DNA of 64,000 nt from an uncultured Verrucomicrobiae bacterium (GTDB lineage: Bacteria > Verrucomicrobiota > Verrucomicrobiia > Limisphaerales > Palsa-1400). The stretch covers positions 2,400,001 through 2,464,000 of the forward strand of contig CAVXRD010000002.1 of the NCBI GenBank assembly GCA_963764165.1, in the 5' to 3' direction. The position numbers and the translations under genes are program-made. Of this stretch, positions 9,201-17,843 are shown piece after piece. The notes beneath the pieces are model-generated. The model searched no databases. It was given only the letters and a program-made list of their open reading frames with translations, and was not told where the DNA came from. How positions within the stretch are numbered: the stretch's first letter is position 1; each line of letters begins with the position of its first letter.

Positions 9201-10683
9201 CTATCAATGGCGGTTCGACGGCACGAATATCTCTGGCGCAACGAACACTTCTTTCAGCGTGGCAAGTGCTGCGCTGGCCAACGTCGGAAGTTATTCCGTG
9301 GTGGTAACCAGTCCTTATGGATCGGCAACCAGTCTGGTGGCCACTTTGACGGTGGCCGAGTCAACCGTCCAGATAGTGGGCGGCTCCGCTGTTGGCGGGG
9401 GCACGGTGGTTGTTTCCGTGGATTTAATCGCTCTGGGGAGCGAGAGCGGCTTCGGTTGCAGCCTCGATTTTGATCCTGCGCTATTGACTTACACCGGGGT
9501 AGTTTTGGGCAGCGGGGCCTCGGGTGGCGTTTTGCTGTCCAATGCCAGCGAGATTGCTTCCGGGCATCTCGGCTTGGGAATTGACATCTTTAGCGGGACG
9601 TTTGCGCCAGGAACAAATGATGTTTTCGATGTGTCATTCCTAGTCACGCCAGTGACCAACTTAACGACCACGACCCTGTCATTTGGGATGCTGCCTACGG
9701 GTGAAGAGGTGTCCGATTCCCAAGCGAACGCGCTGCCGGCGGTTTATTTGCCCGGGACCGTTGTCATTGCTGCCACAGGACTTGAAGGCGACGTTTCGCC
9801 GCGGCCCAACGGGGACGGCGCCTTGAACATCTCCGACTGGGTGCAGGAAGGCCGGTTTGTCGCTGGTTTGGATACAGTATCCAACGGCAGCGAATTTCAG
9901 CGCGCGGATTGCGCGCCACGCGGCACCTTGGGCGATGGCCAGATTACGGTGGCAGACTGGGTGCAGGTGGGCCGTTATGCGGTGGGATTGGACCCTTTGA
10001 CGGCGGCGGGCGGCCCGGCTAGCCCCGGCCCGAACATTCGCGCACCTGGAAAACTCGACCTCTCTGATCTGATTGAGCTGGTGCCGTTGTCTCAGGGGAA
10101 CCTAACCAACTCCGTGGCGGTGCAATTGACGGCCAAAGGAAATGAAAGCGCTCTGAGCTTCACTGTGACCTTTGATCCGGCTATGGTCCGGTTCGTCAAC
10201 GCCACTCTCGGAAGTGGAGCGGTGGGAGCTGCCTTGATTCAGAACACCAACAAAGTCGCCAGCGGCAGCCTGGGGCTCGTGGTTGGATTGGTCCCGCCAG
10301 CCACATTTGCCAAAGGCACCCAGCAATTGGTCAAGCTCAATTTTGCCTCCGTAGCGTATTCCAACAACGCTGCGCTCTCCTTTGGCAGCAGCCCCGTCTT
10401 TGCGCAGTTGGTTGACTCCAACGCCACTGTGCTGGCTGCCAATTTCCAAAATGGCACGCTTGCCGTAGGTGGTTCAACCTGGCCGATTTTGGGAATTAAT
10501 CAGGTCGGGAACAACGTGGTTTTGTCTTGGCCTTCATCCGCCTCCTTTTTGGAGCTGCAAGCCTCCTCCTCTTTGAGCACCGGCTGGAGCAATGTCACCA
10601 CACTGCCGTCCATCGTCGGCAACAGCCTGATGGTGACGTCCGGCCTATCAAGCAATACGGTGTTTTTCAGGCTCAAGCATTAG
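6229..10683 (+). CDS. Large secreted protein: 3x(LamG+Ig), Ig, cohesin, dockerin, cohesin, C-terminal domain
   Basis: Probable GTG start at 6229 after AAAGGA, then a signal peptide. Repeated LVAYYPFDGNANDASG...LDDFRIYNRAL. Cohesin-like LDFDPALL and VTFDPAMV. Duplicated dockerin-like loops GDVSPRPNGDGALNISDW and ADCAPRGTLGDGQITVADW. Confidence 0.85.
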   Translation: MKTISLFLGVLVIAVTGLGQAQGQVPFTNNLVAYYPFDGNANDASGNGNNGQIVGNVVPSTDRFGNPTGAYALDGVSSSAIEVTNTLFNTGQAGYTVSGWFACSNLNLPKNQVVIQTMPQAGMGLGFGPSIPVGALSLGLGTTSEWTQTGIYGNPLCSNQVWYQFVLTKSGTTYTLYLDGQVSAQQTVSTASNFDANVGCIIGSITPINPPYQETFEGRLDDFRIYNRALASNEVQELYSYESASGGPSLYITAQPQSQSVAVGQTATFSVAAGGTSPFGYQWSFDGTTIAGATNAVLTLTNVQMSESGSYSVTVTSLTNAVSSSSAVLTVTAPTQAPFTESLVAYYPFDGNANDASGNGNNGQIVGNVVPSTDRFGNPAGAYAFDGVSSSAIEVTNTLFNIGQPGYTVSGWFACSNLSLATDQDIIQTMPQAGMGLGFIPSLPTGTLDFGVGTTTEWTGGPIYGNPSCSNQIWYQFVLTKSGTTYTLYIDGQVSVQQAVSAASSYNANVGCIIGSITPINPGYHETFGGRLDDFRVYNRALASNEVQELYAYEAQTNGGGTPFYITTQPQSQSVVAGQTATFNVTVSGTPPYGYQWSFDGTNIAGATTATLTLTNVQMSQAGSYSVTVTNATEAVSSFDAVLTVTAPTQAPFTNSLVAYYPFDGNANDASGNGNNGQIVGNVVPSTDRFGNFGGSYAFDGVSSSAIEVTNTLFNIGQPGYTVSGWFACSNLSLTTDQDIIQTMPQAGMGLGFVPSLPPGTLDFGVGTTTEWTGGPIYGNPTCSNQIWYQFVLTKSGTTYTLYIDGQVSVQQTISAASNYNANVGCIIGSITPINPGYHETFGGRLDDFRIYDRALASNEVQELYAYESEPGGPSLYITAQPQGQTVVVGQTATFSVAAGGTPPFGYQWSFDGTNIAGATTATLTLTNVQVSQAGSYSVTVTNATAAVSSSNAVLNLVSPPVITSSPASQSVAVGTPVTFAAAATGTPPLAYQWRFDGTNISGATNTSFSVASAALANVGSYSVVVTSPYGSATSLVATLTVAESTVQIVGGSAVGGGTVVVSVDLIALGSESGFGCSLDFDPALLTYTGVVLGSGASGGVLLSNASEIASGHLGLGIDIFSGTFAPGTNDVFDVSFLVTPVTNLTTTTLSFGMLPTGEEVSDSQANALPAVYLPGTVVIAATGLEGDVSPRPNGDGALNISDWVQEGRFVAGLDTVSNGSEFQRADCAPRGTLGDGQITVADWVQVGRYAVGLDPLTAAGGPASPGPNIRAPGKLDLSDLIELVPLSQGNLTNSVAVQLTAKGNESALSFTVTFDPAMVRFVNATLGSGAVGAALIQNTNKVASGSLGLVVGLVPPATFAKGTQQLVKLNFASVAYSNNAALSFGSSPVFAQLVDSNATVLAANFQNGTLAVGGSTWPILGINQVGNNVVLSWPSSASFLELQASSSLSTGWSNVTTLPSIVGNSLMVTSGLSSNTVFFRLKH
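6301..9100 (+). repeat. Three intragenic tandem LamG-Ig repeats (periods 936 and 942 bp)
   Basis: Units start at 6301, 7237 and 8179 and are highly similar at DNA and protein level. Confidence 0.9.
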
Positions 10684-10703
10684 AACGTTCTTAAAAATGG
10701 GAA

Positions 10704-10730
10704 GGGCAGATTGACGCAAGCCGTCTGCCC
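10704..10730. terminator. Possible hairpin terminator between convergent genes
   Basis: GGGCAGA...TCTGCCC stem shortly after the 10683 stop. No strong U-tract. Confidence 0.35.
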
Positions 10731-10854
10731 CATAAGGAATCGTGCAAATCTGTATCATCGCCTTGCTATGATCCAGGCGAACTTCATAATCCCCGCAAAG
10801 CCGCCGCGATTTGGTCAGCCAGCCGATCGTCCGCTCAACAATCCATAACAGGAC

Positions 10855-11307
10855 CTAAGCCATTTGGCCATCCGCCGCTTTTCCAACCGTCGAGTCGATT
10901 TCCGTTTGCTGGTGAATCAAATCGGCGAGGGTGGTGCGGGTGAGAGCGTCCTTCAAACCATCCTGGGCCCGCTCGAATAATCCGCAAAGCGCGCAGGTAC
11001 CGGGATGCTCGCAATCCGGGCGCGACATTTGGCAGCGTTGAAAGGCGATGCGCCCCTCCACCGCCTCGATGATTTCCAGCACGGGAATTTCCGCCGGGTC
11101 TTTTGCCAGCGCAAATCCGCCGCCGGCCCCGCGCACGGAAGTGACCAGACCGGCTTTGACTAAATTTTGGAAGATTTTCGCGAGGAAGCTTTTCGGGATT
11201 TTTTCCTGGCGGCTTAAGTCGTCAATCATCGCCCGCCGCCCCGGTTGGCACCGGGCCAGACGCATCAGTCCCATCACCCCATATTCGCCTGCGCGAGAGA
11301 TTTGCAT
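10855..11307 (-). CDS. Rrf2-family transcriptional regulator, probably Fe-S binding
   Basis: MQISRAGEYG start, LVTSVRGAGGGFAL wing motif, three Cys in CQMSRPDCEHPGTC. Confidence 0.9.
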   Translation of the reverse strand: MQISRAGEYGVMGLMRLARCQPGRRAMIDDLSRQEKIPKSFLAKIFQNLVKAGLVTSVRGAGGGFALAKDPAEIPVLEIIEAVEGRIAFQRCQMSRPDCEHPGTCALCGLFERAQDGLKDALTRTTLADLIHQQTEIDSTVGKAADGQMA

Positions 11308-11403
11308 GCCAGCGATAACATTAAACCGCAAGTAGAGTGTCGCAAACTGAGGGTGAAGTCAACGGGAGGCCTGCCAATCCGCAACAGCGCCATATTCGAG
11401 TTC

Positions 11404-12165
11404 CTACAATTTTGATTGGAGGCCAAAACGCTCACCGATGAAGATGGTAATCCCTTTCGCGGCGGCGGCCTCGCGAATCTGCGGAAGATTCAGTCTTTTG
11501 TCGTCATCCCCGACCGATTCGATGTCGATTCGTTTCAATCGCCGCGCGCTGTTGATGATTTGGACCAGCTCGGCTTGCGACAGTGGCGCGAGCGAAATCC
11601 CAAGTTCTTCGATGCTCGGTGATTGAGCCAGCGCGATCAGGCCCTTCGAAGTAACTCGCGGGCAGTTCGGCAAACTCACGTCCGCAAGCATCGTGCGGTT
11701 GGCGATAAAGTCGCAGCTCGCATCAGTGATCGAAGCGCGTCTCAATCCTAATACCCGTAATGCTGAGATCCGCGCCAAAGACGAGACGCCCCGGTCCGTC
11801 ACCAGTGGACAATCCTCCAGAACAAGCTCGCCAAGTCGCGGGAATCCGTCCGCTGCCAAAATCTCCAACTGGTCGTCGGTCGCTCCCCCTTCAAGATCAA
11901 TCTCGAAAAGGTTTTGGAATTTCGCCAACTCCTTAAACTCCTCGGTGGCAAGTCCAGATACTTCAATATGTGTTTCGTTGCGAGAAGTGTGCTTGATGTC
12001 GCGGCGGGAGGTTATGCCGGATGGCCAATGGCCACATCCGCAGTTGCCGAAGCACGAGAGGGCAAACAGCAAAATCAACGGTTTAGAAGGCACAACTTTC
12101 ACATCGGGTTTCGCGATCGACTTAAAATGAGCAATCGTCTTACTTGAGATGGTAATGCAAATCAA
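11404..12165 (-). CDS. Leucine-rich repeat protein (cysteine-containing LRR-like), possibly a lipoprotein
   Basis: Repeats LEDCPLVTDRGV, LRRASITDASC and LPNCPRVTSKGL. Hydrophobic N-terminus with Cys. Start uncertain. Confidence 0.65.
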   Translation of the reverse strand: MICITISSKTIAHFKSIAKPDVKVVPSKPLILLFALSCFGNCGCGHWPSGITSRRDIKHTSRNETHIEVSGLATEEFKELAKFQNLFEIDLEGGATDDQLEILAADGFPRLGELVLEDCPLVTDRGVSSLARISALRVLGLRRASITDASCDFIANRTMLADVSLPNCPRVTSKGLIALAQSPSIEELGISLAPLSQAELVQIINSARRLKRIDIESVGDDDKRLNLPQIREAAAAKGITIFIGERFGLQSKL

Positions 12166-12228
12166 TTAAATGAACAAATGTTTGTAAAATCGCTGGAGGC
12201 CTTCCGCCTCACACGCTATTTGTTCCAT

Positions 12229-13791
12229 ATGACACCGAGAGGTTCATCCATATTTCGCGTCCCATTCTTCGCATTCTTCCCATTGATCGTCTCACTGATG
12301 ACGGCAGTTGCCGCACCCACCGCCACCCCTCCCAATATTCTTTTCATTATGGCGGACGATCACGCATGGCAGGCGGTCAGCGCTTACGGCGATTCGCGAA
12401 AACTCAACCAAACCCCCAACATCGATCGCATCGGAAAGCAGGGGATGCGGTTCGACCGCTGCATGGTTTGCAATGCCTTGTGCGGGCCGAGCCGCGCGTG
12501 CATTTTGACGGGCACTTACAATCACATCAACGGCTTCTACAACAACGGCAATTGCCGTTTCGACGGCTCGCAAATCACTTATCCAAAGCTGCTGCAAGCG
12601 GCGGGTTATCAAACAGCGGTGGTCGGCAAATGGCATCTGGAAACCGATCCGACCGGATTCGATTATTGGAACATTCTGCCGGGGCAGGGCGTTTATTATA
12701 ATCCGGTTCTCATTGATCGCGGGCAGAAGATCAAGCATCCGGGCTACGTCACGGACATCATCACCGACCTCTCGCTCGATTGGCTCAAGCATCGCGATCC
12801 CTCCAAGCCGTTCATGCTGCTGTGCTGGCACAAGGCGCCGCATCGGATTTGGGAGCCAGCCTTGCGCGATCTCGATTTCGACCACGACCGCGTTTATCAG
12901 GCGCCGAACAATTTATTTGACGACTACAGCGGGCGCGGTTTGGCCGAGCACGACCAAAACATGACCATCTCCAACACGATGCGCTTGAATGAAGATTCCA
13001 AGTTGACCGACCCCACGGACATCACACCCGAACAACGGGCCATTTGGGACGCTTACTATCAGCCGCGGAACAAAAAATTCTCCGCGGCAAATCTGACCGG
13101 CAATGCCCTGACGGAATGGAAATACAATCGTTTCATGCACGATTACCTTGCCTGCATCAAGGGCGTCGATGACAGCGTCGGCCGCCTGCTCCAGTATTTG
13201 GACGACACCGGCCTGGCTTCGAACACGATTGTCATTTATTCCTCCGATCAGGGATTTTTCCTGGGCGAACACGGATGGTTCGACAAGCGTTGGATTTTCG
13301 ACGAATCCGCCCGCACGCCGTTCCTCGTGCGCTGGCCGGGTGTCATTGCGCCGGGTGGTGTCAACAAGGCGCTCGTCTCGAATCTCGATCTCGCGGAAAC
13401 ATTTCTTGACGCCGCCGGAATTCCCACGCCCGACCGCATGCAAGGCCGCAGCCTGCTGCCGCTCTTTCGCGGGCTAACTCCGGCCGATTGGCGCACGGCG
13501 TTCTATTACCATTACTACGAATATCCCGCCGATCACCACGTGCGTCCTCATTACGGCGTCATCACCGAGCGTTACACGCTGGCCCGCTTTTATTGGCCAG
13601 ACGTGAATTATTGGGAACTGTTCGACCGCGAAAAAGACCCCGGCGAAATGCGCAACGTCCTGTCCGATCCCGCCTACGCCGAAGTGGGCTCCAACTTGAT
13701 GGCGGAAGTAACTCGTCTCCGCGCGGAATTAAAAGAGCCCGAGCACGACGACCCCAAAGCCTACGGCAACCAGCCAAAGAAATCGCGCTGA
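12229..13791 (+). CDS. Formylglycine-dependent sulfatase
   Basis: PNILFIMADDH, CGPSRA (CxPxR), GKWHL and SDQGF motifs; signal peptide. Confidence 0.93.
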   Translation: MTPRGSSIFRVPFFAFFPLIVSLMTAVAAPTATPPNILFIMADDHAWQAVSAYGDSRKLNQTPNIDRIGKQGMRFDRCMVCNALCGPSRACILTGTYNHINGFYNNGNCRFDGSQITYPKLLQAAGYQTAVVGKWHLETDPTGFDYWNILPGQGVYYNPVLIDRGQKIKHPGYVTDIITDLSLDWLKHRDPSKPFMLLCWHKAPHRIWEPALRDLDFDHDRVYQAPNNLFDDYSGRGLAEHDQNMTISNTMRLNEDSKLTDPTDITPEQRAIWDAYYQPRNKKFSAANLTGNALTEWKYNRFMHDYLACIKGVDDSVGRLLQYLDDTGLASNTIVIYSSDQGFFLGEHGWFDKRWIFDESARTPFLVRWPGVIAPGGVNKALVSNLDLAETFLDAAGIPTPDRMQGRSLLPLFRGLTPADWRTAFYYHYYEYPADHHVRPHYGVITERYTLARFYWPDVNYWELFDREKDPGEMRNVLSDPAYAEVGSNLMAEVTRLRAELKEPEHDDPKAYGNQPKKSR

Positions 13792-13799
13792 TAAGGGAA

Positions 13800-13923
13800 G
13801 CCACAGATGCACACAGATCAACACAGATAAAAATGATGAGGCGCTGTTGTTGAAATCGTCCGTTCTCGTTCGTCCAAGGGTGCCTTTTCAGAAAATCTGT
13901 GTTGATCTGGGTCAATCTGTGGC
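13800..13923. repeat. Inverted repeat with 29-bp arms built from tandem CACAGAT units
   Basis: GCCACAGATGCACACAGATCAACACAGAT (13800-13828) pairs with 13895-13923, 3 mismatches. Confidence 0.85.
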
Positions 13924-14035
13924 CACTTTCCCCAATTTTTCTCCAAAAATTGTGCCGGACAATCTGCGGTTATTATAGGAAACCATTGCGCAATGGCGGT
14001 GTTCCTGTCACAAACAATGTGCGGTTTCACAACTT

Positions 14036-15097
14036 ATGGAACTTTCCGCGCCTAAGATCGTCGAAGACCTCGTCGCGCAAGCGGAACGGGCGGGGGCCAG
14101 CGACATCCACCTCCAGATGCGCGACGGCGCGGCCCAGGTTTCCTTCCGGCTCGACGGCCTGATGACCGATGCTCCGCCGCTGGGCGCGGAAGTGGCCGAG
14201 CGCGTTTTCGGGCGCATTAAATTTTTGGCCAAGCTCAAAACATACCAGGAATCGATGCCGCAAGATGGGCGCATCGAACGCGGCGAAATCCATTCGAAAA
14301 ACGACATCCGCGTGGCGACGTATCCGACGGTCACGGGCGAGAAAATTGTGCTGCGGCTGTTCGCCCCGGCGGGCGCCAAGAGCCTGGACGAATTGGAATT
14401 TCCGGCGGGCGCGGTGACGGAGTTGAAGAATTTCCTGCGCCAAAATGCGGGTCTGCTTTTATTGACAGGCCCGGCTGGCAGCGGAAAGACGACGACCATT
14501 TACGCCTGCCTCCGCCATCTGGCGGAAGCGGGCGGGCGGCACATCATCACGGTGGAAGACCCTGTGGAGCAAATCATCCCGCGCATCATGCAGACGGAGG
14601 TGAACGAGGCTCGCGGGTTGGATTTCGCCAAGGCGGCCCGCCACTTGTTGCGGCAGGATCCGCAGGTGCTTGTCATCGGCGAAATTCGCGACGACGAAAC
14701 GGCGGGCCTCGCCGTGCGCGCCGCGCTGACGGGGCATCAGGTGATTTCCACGCTGCACGCGGGTTCGTGCAAAGGCGTTTTCGAGCGCCTGCTCGTGATG
14801 TGCCCGGATCATTACGCGGTGATTTCCTCGGTGGCATTGGTCTTGAACCAGCGGCTCATACGGCGCTTGTGCAAGAGTTGCGGCGGCGCGAAATGCAGCC
14901 ATTGCCTTGACACCGGATACCAGGGCCGCGCGCCGGTGGTCGAATGGTTCCGGCCCGACGACAAGTCGCGCATCGAAGTGCGCTCAAGCGGACCCGAGGC
15001 CGTGAAAGTTTCGCAAACGCTCGAGGAGTCCGCCCAGGCGCTGGTGAAATCCGGCGTCACCAACGAAGCCGAGCGGCTGAGGCTCTTCGGCGCATGA
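14036..15097 (+). CDS. GspE/PilB-family secretion ATPase (short form)
   Basis: ASDIH, Walker A GPAGSGKT, TVEDPVE, LRQDP..GEIRD, His boxes and a CxxC..CxxC zinc motif. Confidence 0.92.
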   Translation: MELSAPKIVEDLVAQAERAGASDIHLQMRDGAAQVSFRLDGLMTDAPPLGAEVAERVFGRIKFLAKLKTYQESMPQDGRIERGEIHSKNDIRVATYPTVTGEKIVLRLFAPAGAKSLDELEFPAGAVTELKNFLRQNAGLLLLTGPAGSGKTTTIYACLRHLAEAGGRHIITVEDPVEQIIPRIMQTEVNEARGLDFAKAARHLLRQDPQVLVIGEIRDDETAGLAVRAALTGHQVISTLHAGSCKGVFERLLVMCPDHYAVISSVALVLNQRLIRRLCKSCGGAKCSHCLDTGYQGRAPVVEWFRPDDKSRIEVRSSGPEAVKVSQTLEESAQALVKSGVTNEAERLRLFGA

Positions 15098-16122
15098 ACT
15101 CCACCCAACTCGCCTTTGTCAATCAACAATTGGCCGACATGCTCCGCTGCGGCATTCCGCTGGAGGGCAGCCTGCGGCAGATTTGCGCCGGCATGCGGCG
15201 CGGTAAATTGCGTCAACAATTGGAATTGCTGGAGGCGGATTTGGCCGTCGGCGTTCCGCTCGACAAAGCCATCGCCCAACGAAAGCTGCCCGAATTTTAC
15301 ACGCGCCTGATCGAACTCGGCGCGCGCAGCCACGATTTTCCCGGCATCCTCACGATGCTGGCAGACTACTACGAAAATGCGGGAGAGGCTTGGGCGCAGC
15401 TTAAAGGACTGATGGTGTATCCGGTGATCGTGTTGATTTTGTCACTCGTATTTTCCACCTGGGCAGCGATGCTCGGCCATCAGTTGGCCAACTTGCTCGG
15501 GAGGGACCGGCAGCTTATGACCATGCGTTTTTCCGCCGCAAAACCGCCAGCTCGCCGCGCGGAAAAGCCGGTGTTTTTCTCCGATCCTGACAGCTTTTTG
15601 TGGATTCCGCCGATAGCCATCGGAGCGGTCGGCATACCTGTGGTGGCGGTGATGTTCGTACCCGCCTTGCGCCGGCGGATGGCGTGGCGCCTTCCCGCTT
15701 TTCGCGAGGCCAATCTCTCCCGCGTGGCGAAAGCGCTCTCCGTTTCCATGAGAGCGGGCGCGGCCTTTCCCCTCGCCGTTTCTTTGACAGCCCAAATGGA
15801 GCGCGGCACGCGGGCTGGGGTGGATTTGGCGCGCTGGCGGCAGCGGTGCGCGGATGGATCTGGAAAATTCGCCGCTATCGCCGAAGGCAGCAAGGCGTTT
15901 CCGCCGATGTTTGTGTGGATCGTCGCAGGGGCGGGCGAGGACATGGCGGCGGGATTTGAGCGCGCGGCGCAAGTTTACCAATCGCGCTCCGCCCACAAGA
16001 CCAACGTGCTTCTGTTTGCCGCGCTGCCCGTCTCCTTATTGTTTCTTGGATTAATCATACTGAGCCAGATTTTTCCAATTGGCAGGATCGTGTTCGATCT
16101 GCCCCGGTTTCTTTTTGGCTGA
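15094..16122 (+). CDS. GspF/PilC-family inner-membrane platform protein
   Basis: ATGA overlap with the ATPase stop. QLADMLRCGIPL and LMVYPVIVL motifs; transmembrane segments. Confidence 0.8.
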   Translation: MNSTQLAFVNQQLADMLRCGIPLEGSLRQICAGMRRGKLRQQLELLEADLAVGVPLDKAIAQRKLPEFYTRLIELGARSHDFPGILTMLADYYENAGEAWAQLKGLMVYPVIVLILSLVFSTWAAMLGHQLANLLGRDRQLMTMRFSAAKPPARRAEKPVFFSDPDSFLWIPPIAIGAVGIPVVAVMFVPALRRRMAWRLPAFREANLSRVAKALSVSMRAGAAFPLAVSLTAQMERGTRAGVDLARWRQRCADGSGKFAAIAEGSKAFPPMFVWIVAGAGEDMAAGFERAAQVYQSRSAHKTNVLLFAALPVSLLFLGLIILSQIFPIGRIVFDLPRFLFG

Positions 16123-16126
16123 ACGA

Positions 16127-17263
16127 ATGGATACATTCGCCGCTCATTTTCTTGTGTGGGTGCTGGCCTCAGTTCTGCCGATCTCGGCGCTGGCGGCGAT
16201 TGCTTATTTTTTCACCAGCCGTCCGCTGCACCGTGAGGAGCACGCGCGGCTGCTGGTGGAGTTGGTTGAATCCGCGATCGAGCAGGGCGTGCCGGTGGAG
16301 CGTTACATTGTCTCGCTGGCGGAAACGCGCGACGCCTCGCTCGGCGCGCGTTTTCACTTGCTGGCGGCATATTTGCAGCAGGGGCGCTCGCTGGCGGCCG
16401 CCCTGGAAAAAGTTCCCGCGCTCGCGCCGCCGCAATTGGCGGCCATGCTCGAAGTTGGAGAACAAATGGGGGATTATCGCCGCGTGCTGCCAGCATGCCG
16501 CGAACTGCTCCGCGACGGAGTGTCGGAATCGCGCGCGCTCATCAATTACCAAGTCGGCTTCGCCTTCCTCGTCAACCCGATGATCGCCTGCCTCCTGCCC
16601 TTCATTGGGATTAAGGCCATGCCTATAGTTCATGATATTACGAAGTCGTTTGCAATGCATCTACCGTGGCAATTTCAATTCCTGGAGCGGATGCTGCCAT
16701 GCCTGTGTATTTTACAAATGTTGGCGGTGCTGGCGATTTACGTATTTTCGGCTTTTTGCTTTGGCGGTCCGCGGCTCATGGCGTGGATGGAGCGCTCCCT
16801 GACGCCAGTGGCGGATCGGATGATGTGGCAAATGCCGTGGCGGCGCAAACGCCTGCTGCGCGATTTTTCGGCGATGCTTGGGCTGCTGCTCGACGCGCGC
16901 CTGCCGGAGGAGCAAGCCGTCAAGCTGGCGGCGCAAGGCACGGCCAACGCGACCTTTGTCCGCATGGGAAATAACGCCGCCCGCAAACTTCGCGAGGGCG
17001 CGCCCTTGCCGGAAGCGCTGCGCTGCATTGATGACGGCGGCGAATTTGAGTGGCGGATGAAAAATGCGGGGCACGGAGGCGGGAATTTTTTCCAGGCGCT
17101 GAACGGGTGGCATCGGTGGCTCCGAGTGAAGGCGTTTCAAGAGGAACAAGCCGCCGCCCAGACCATCAGCACGAGCCTTCTTTTGCTAAATGCCGTTAGT
17201 GTCGCGGCTGCCGCGACACTGGTGCTTGGCAGCATTGTCCAATTGAGCAATTTTGTTAAATGA
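16127..17263 (+). CDS. Second GspF/PilC-family protein
   Basis: LQQGRSLAAALE, MLEVGEQMG and LREGAPLPEAL resemble T2SSF repeats. Confidence 0.75.
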   Translation: MDTFAAHFLVWVLASVLPISALAAIAYFFTSRPLHREEHARLLVELVESAIEQGVPVERYIVSLAETRDASLGARFHLLAAYLQQGRSLAAALEKVPALAPPQLAAMLEVGEQMGDYRRVLPACRELLRDGVSESRALINYQVGFAFLVNPMIACLLPFIGIKAMPIVHDITKSFAMHLPWQFQFLERMLPCLCILQMLAVLAIYVFSAFCFGGPRLMAWMERSLTPVADRMMWQMPWRRKRLLRDFSAMLGLLLDARLPEEQAVKLAAQGTANATFVRMGNNAARKLREGAPLPEALRCIDDGGEFEWRMKNAGHGGGNFFQALNGWHRWLRVKAFQEEQAAAQTISTSLLLLNAVSVAAAATLVLGSIVQLSNFVK

Positions 17264-17715
17264 ATTCGGCCCCCATGCCATTGAAACCGCCGCCTGCGCC
17301 TGTGGACCGGGTGAGGGTGATCAATCGTTCCATGCGCTGTTTTATTTTCGGCATCGTCGGCATTGTGCCGTGGTTTGGAATTGGGATGGCTTGCCTGGCA
17401 TTCAAATTATTCCTGGAAGTGGCCGAGGAAACCGGCGAAGCCGTCAAAGTGTATCCGCTCTTTATTACCACCGTTTCAGGATTGGCCGTGTGCTCGGTTT
17501 GTTTTGTGGAGGGAATGCCAGACCAGGTTTTGATCGCCGGCCTGGCGATGCTGGCGCTTCAATTTTTTTTCCTGCGCCAGCAGTATGCGCGCAATGCCCC
17601 GTCGGAATGGAACGCGGCGCGGCATCTTGTTTACTGGGGAATAGCGATGGCGAATCTTGGAATCGTGTTGTCGGCCGCGGTGGCGCTGCTGGTGATTTAC
17701 GCGCTTAAGTCATGA
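17260..17715 (+). CDS. Small multi-pass membrane protein
   Basis: ATGA overlap with the upstream gene; several hydrophobic helices. Confidence 0.65.
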   Translation: MNSAPMPLKPPPAPVDRVRVINRSMRCFIFGIVGIVPWFGIGMACLAFKLFLEVAEETGEAVKVYPLFITTVSGLAVCSVCFVEGMPDQVLIAGLAMLALQFFFLRQQYARNAPSEWNAARHLVYWGIAMANLGIVLSAAVALLVIYALKS

Positions 17716-17734
17716 GCGCCCTAGAGACATTTCA

Positions 17735-17838
17735 AAAGGTAGGGACGCCTCGCCGAGGCGTCCGGGGACTTTCGCAAGTCCGAACGCGTTCGAATAACGC
17801 CACAGCCTCGGACGCCTCGGCGAGGCGTCCCTACCTTT
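17735..17838. repeat. REP doublet (REPIN-like), GTAG family A
   Basis: Perfect 30-bp inverted arms AAAGGTAGGGACGCCTCGCCGAGGCGTCCG (17735-17764 and 17809-17838). Each arm is itself a hairpin. Confidence 0.9.
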
Positions 17839-17843
17839 AACAG

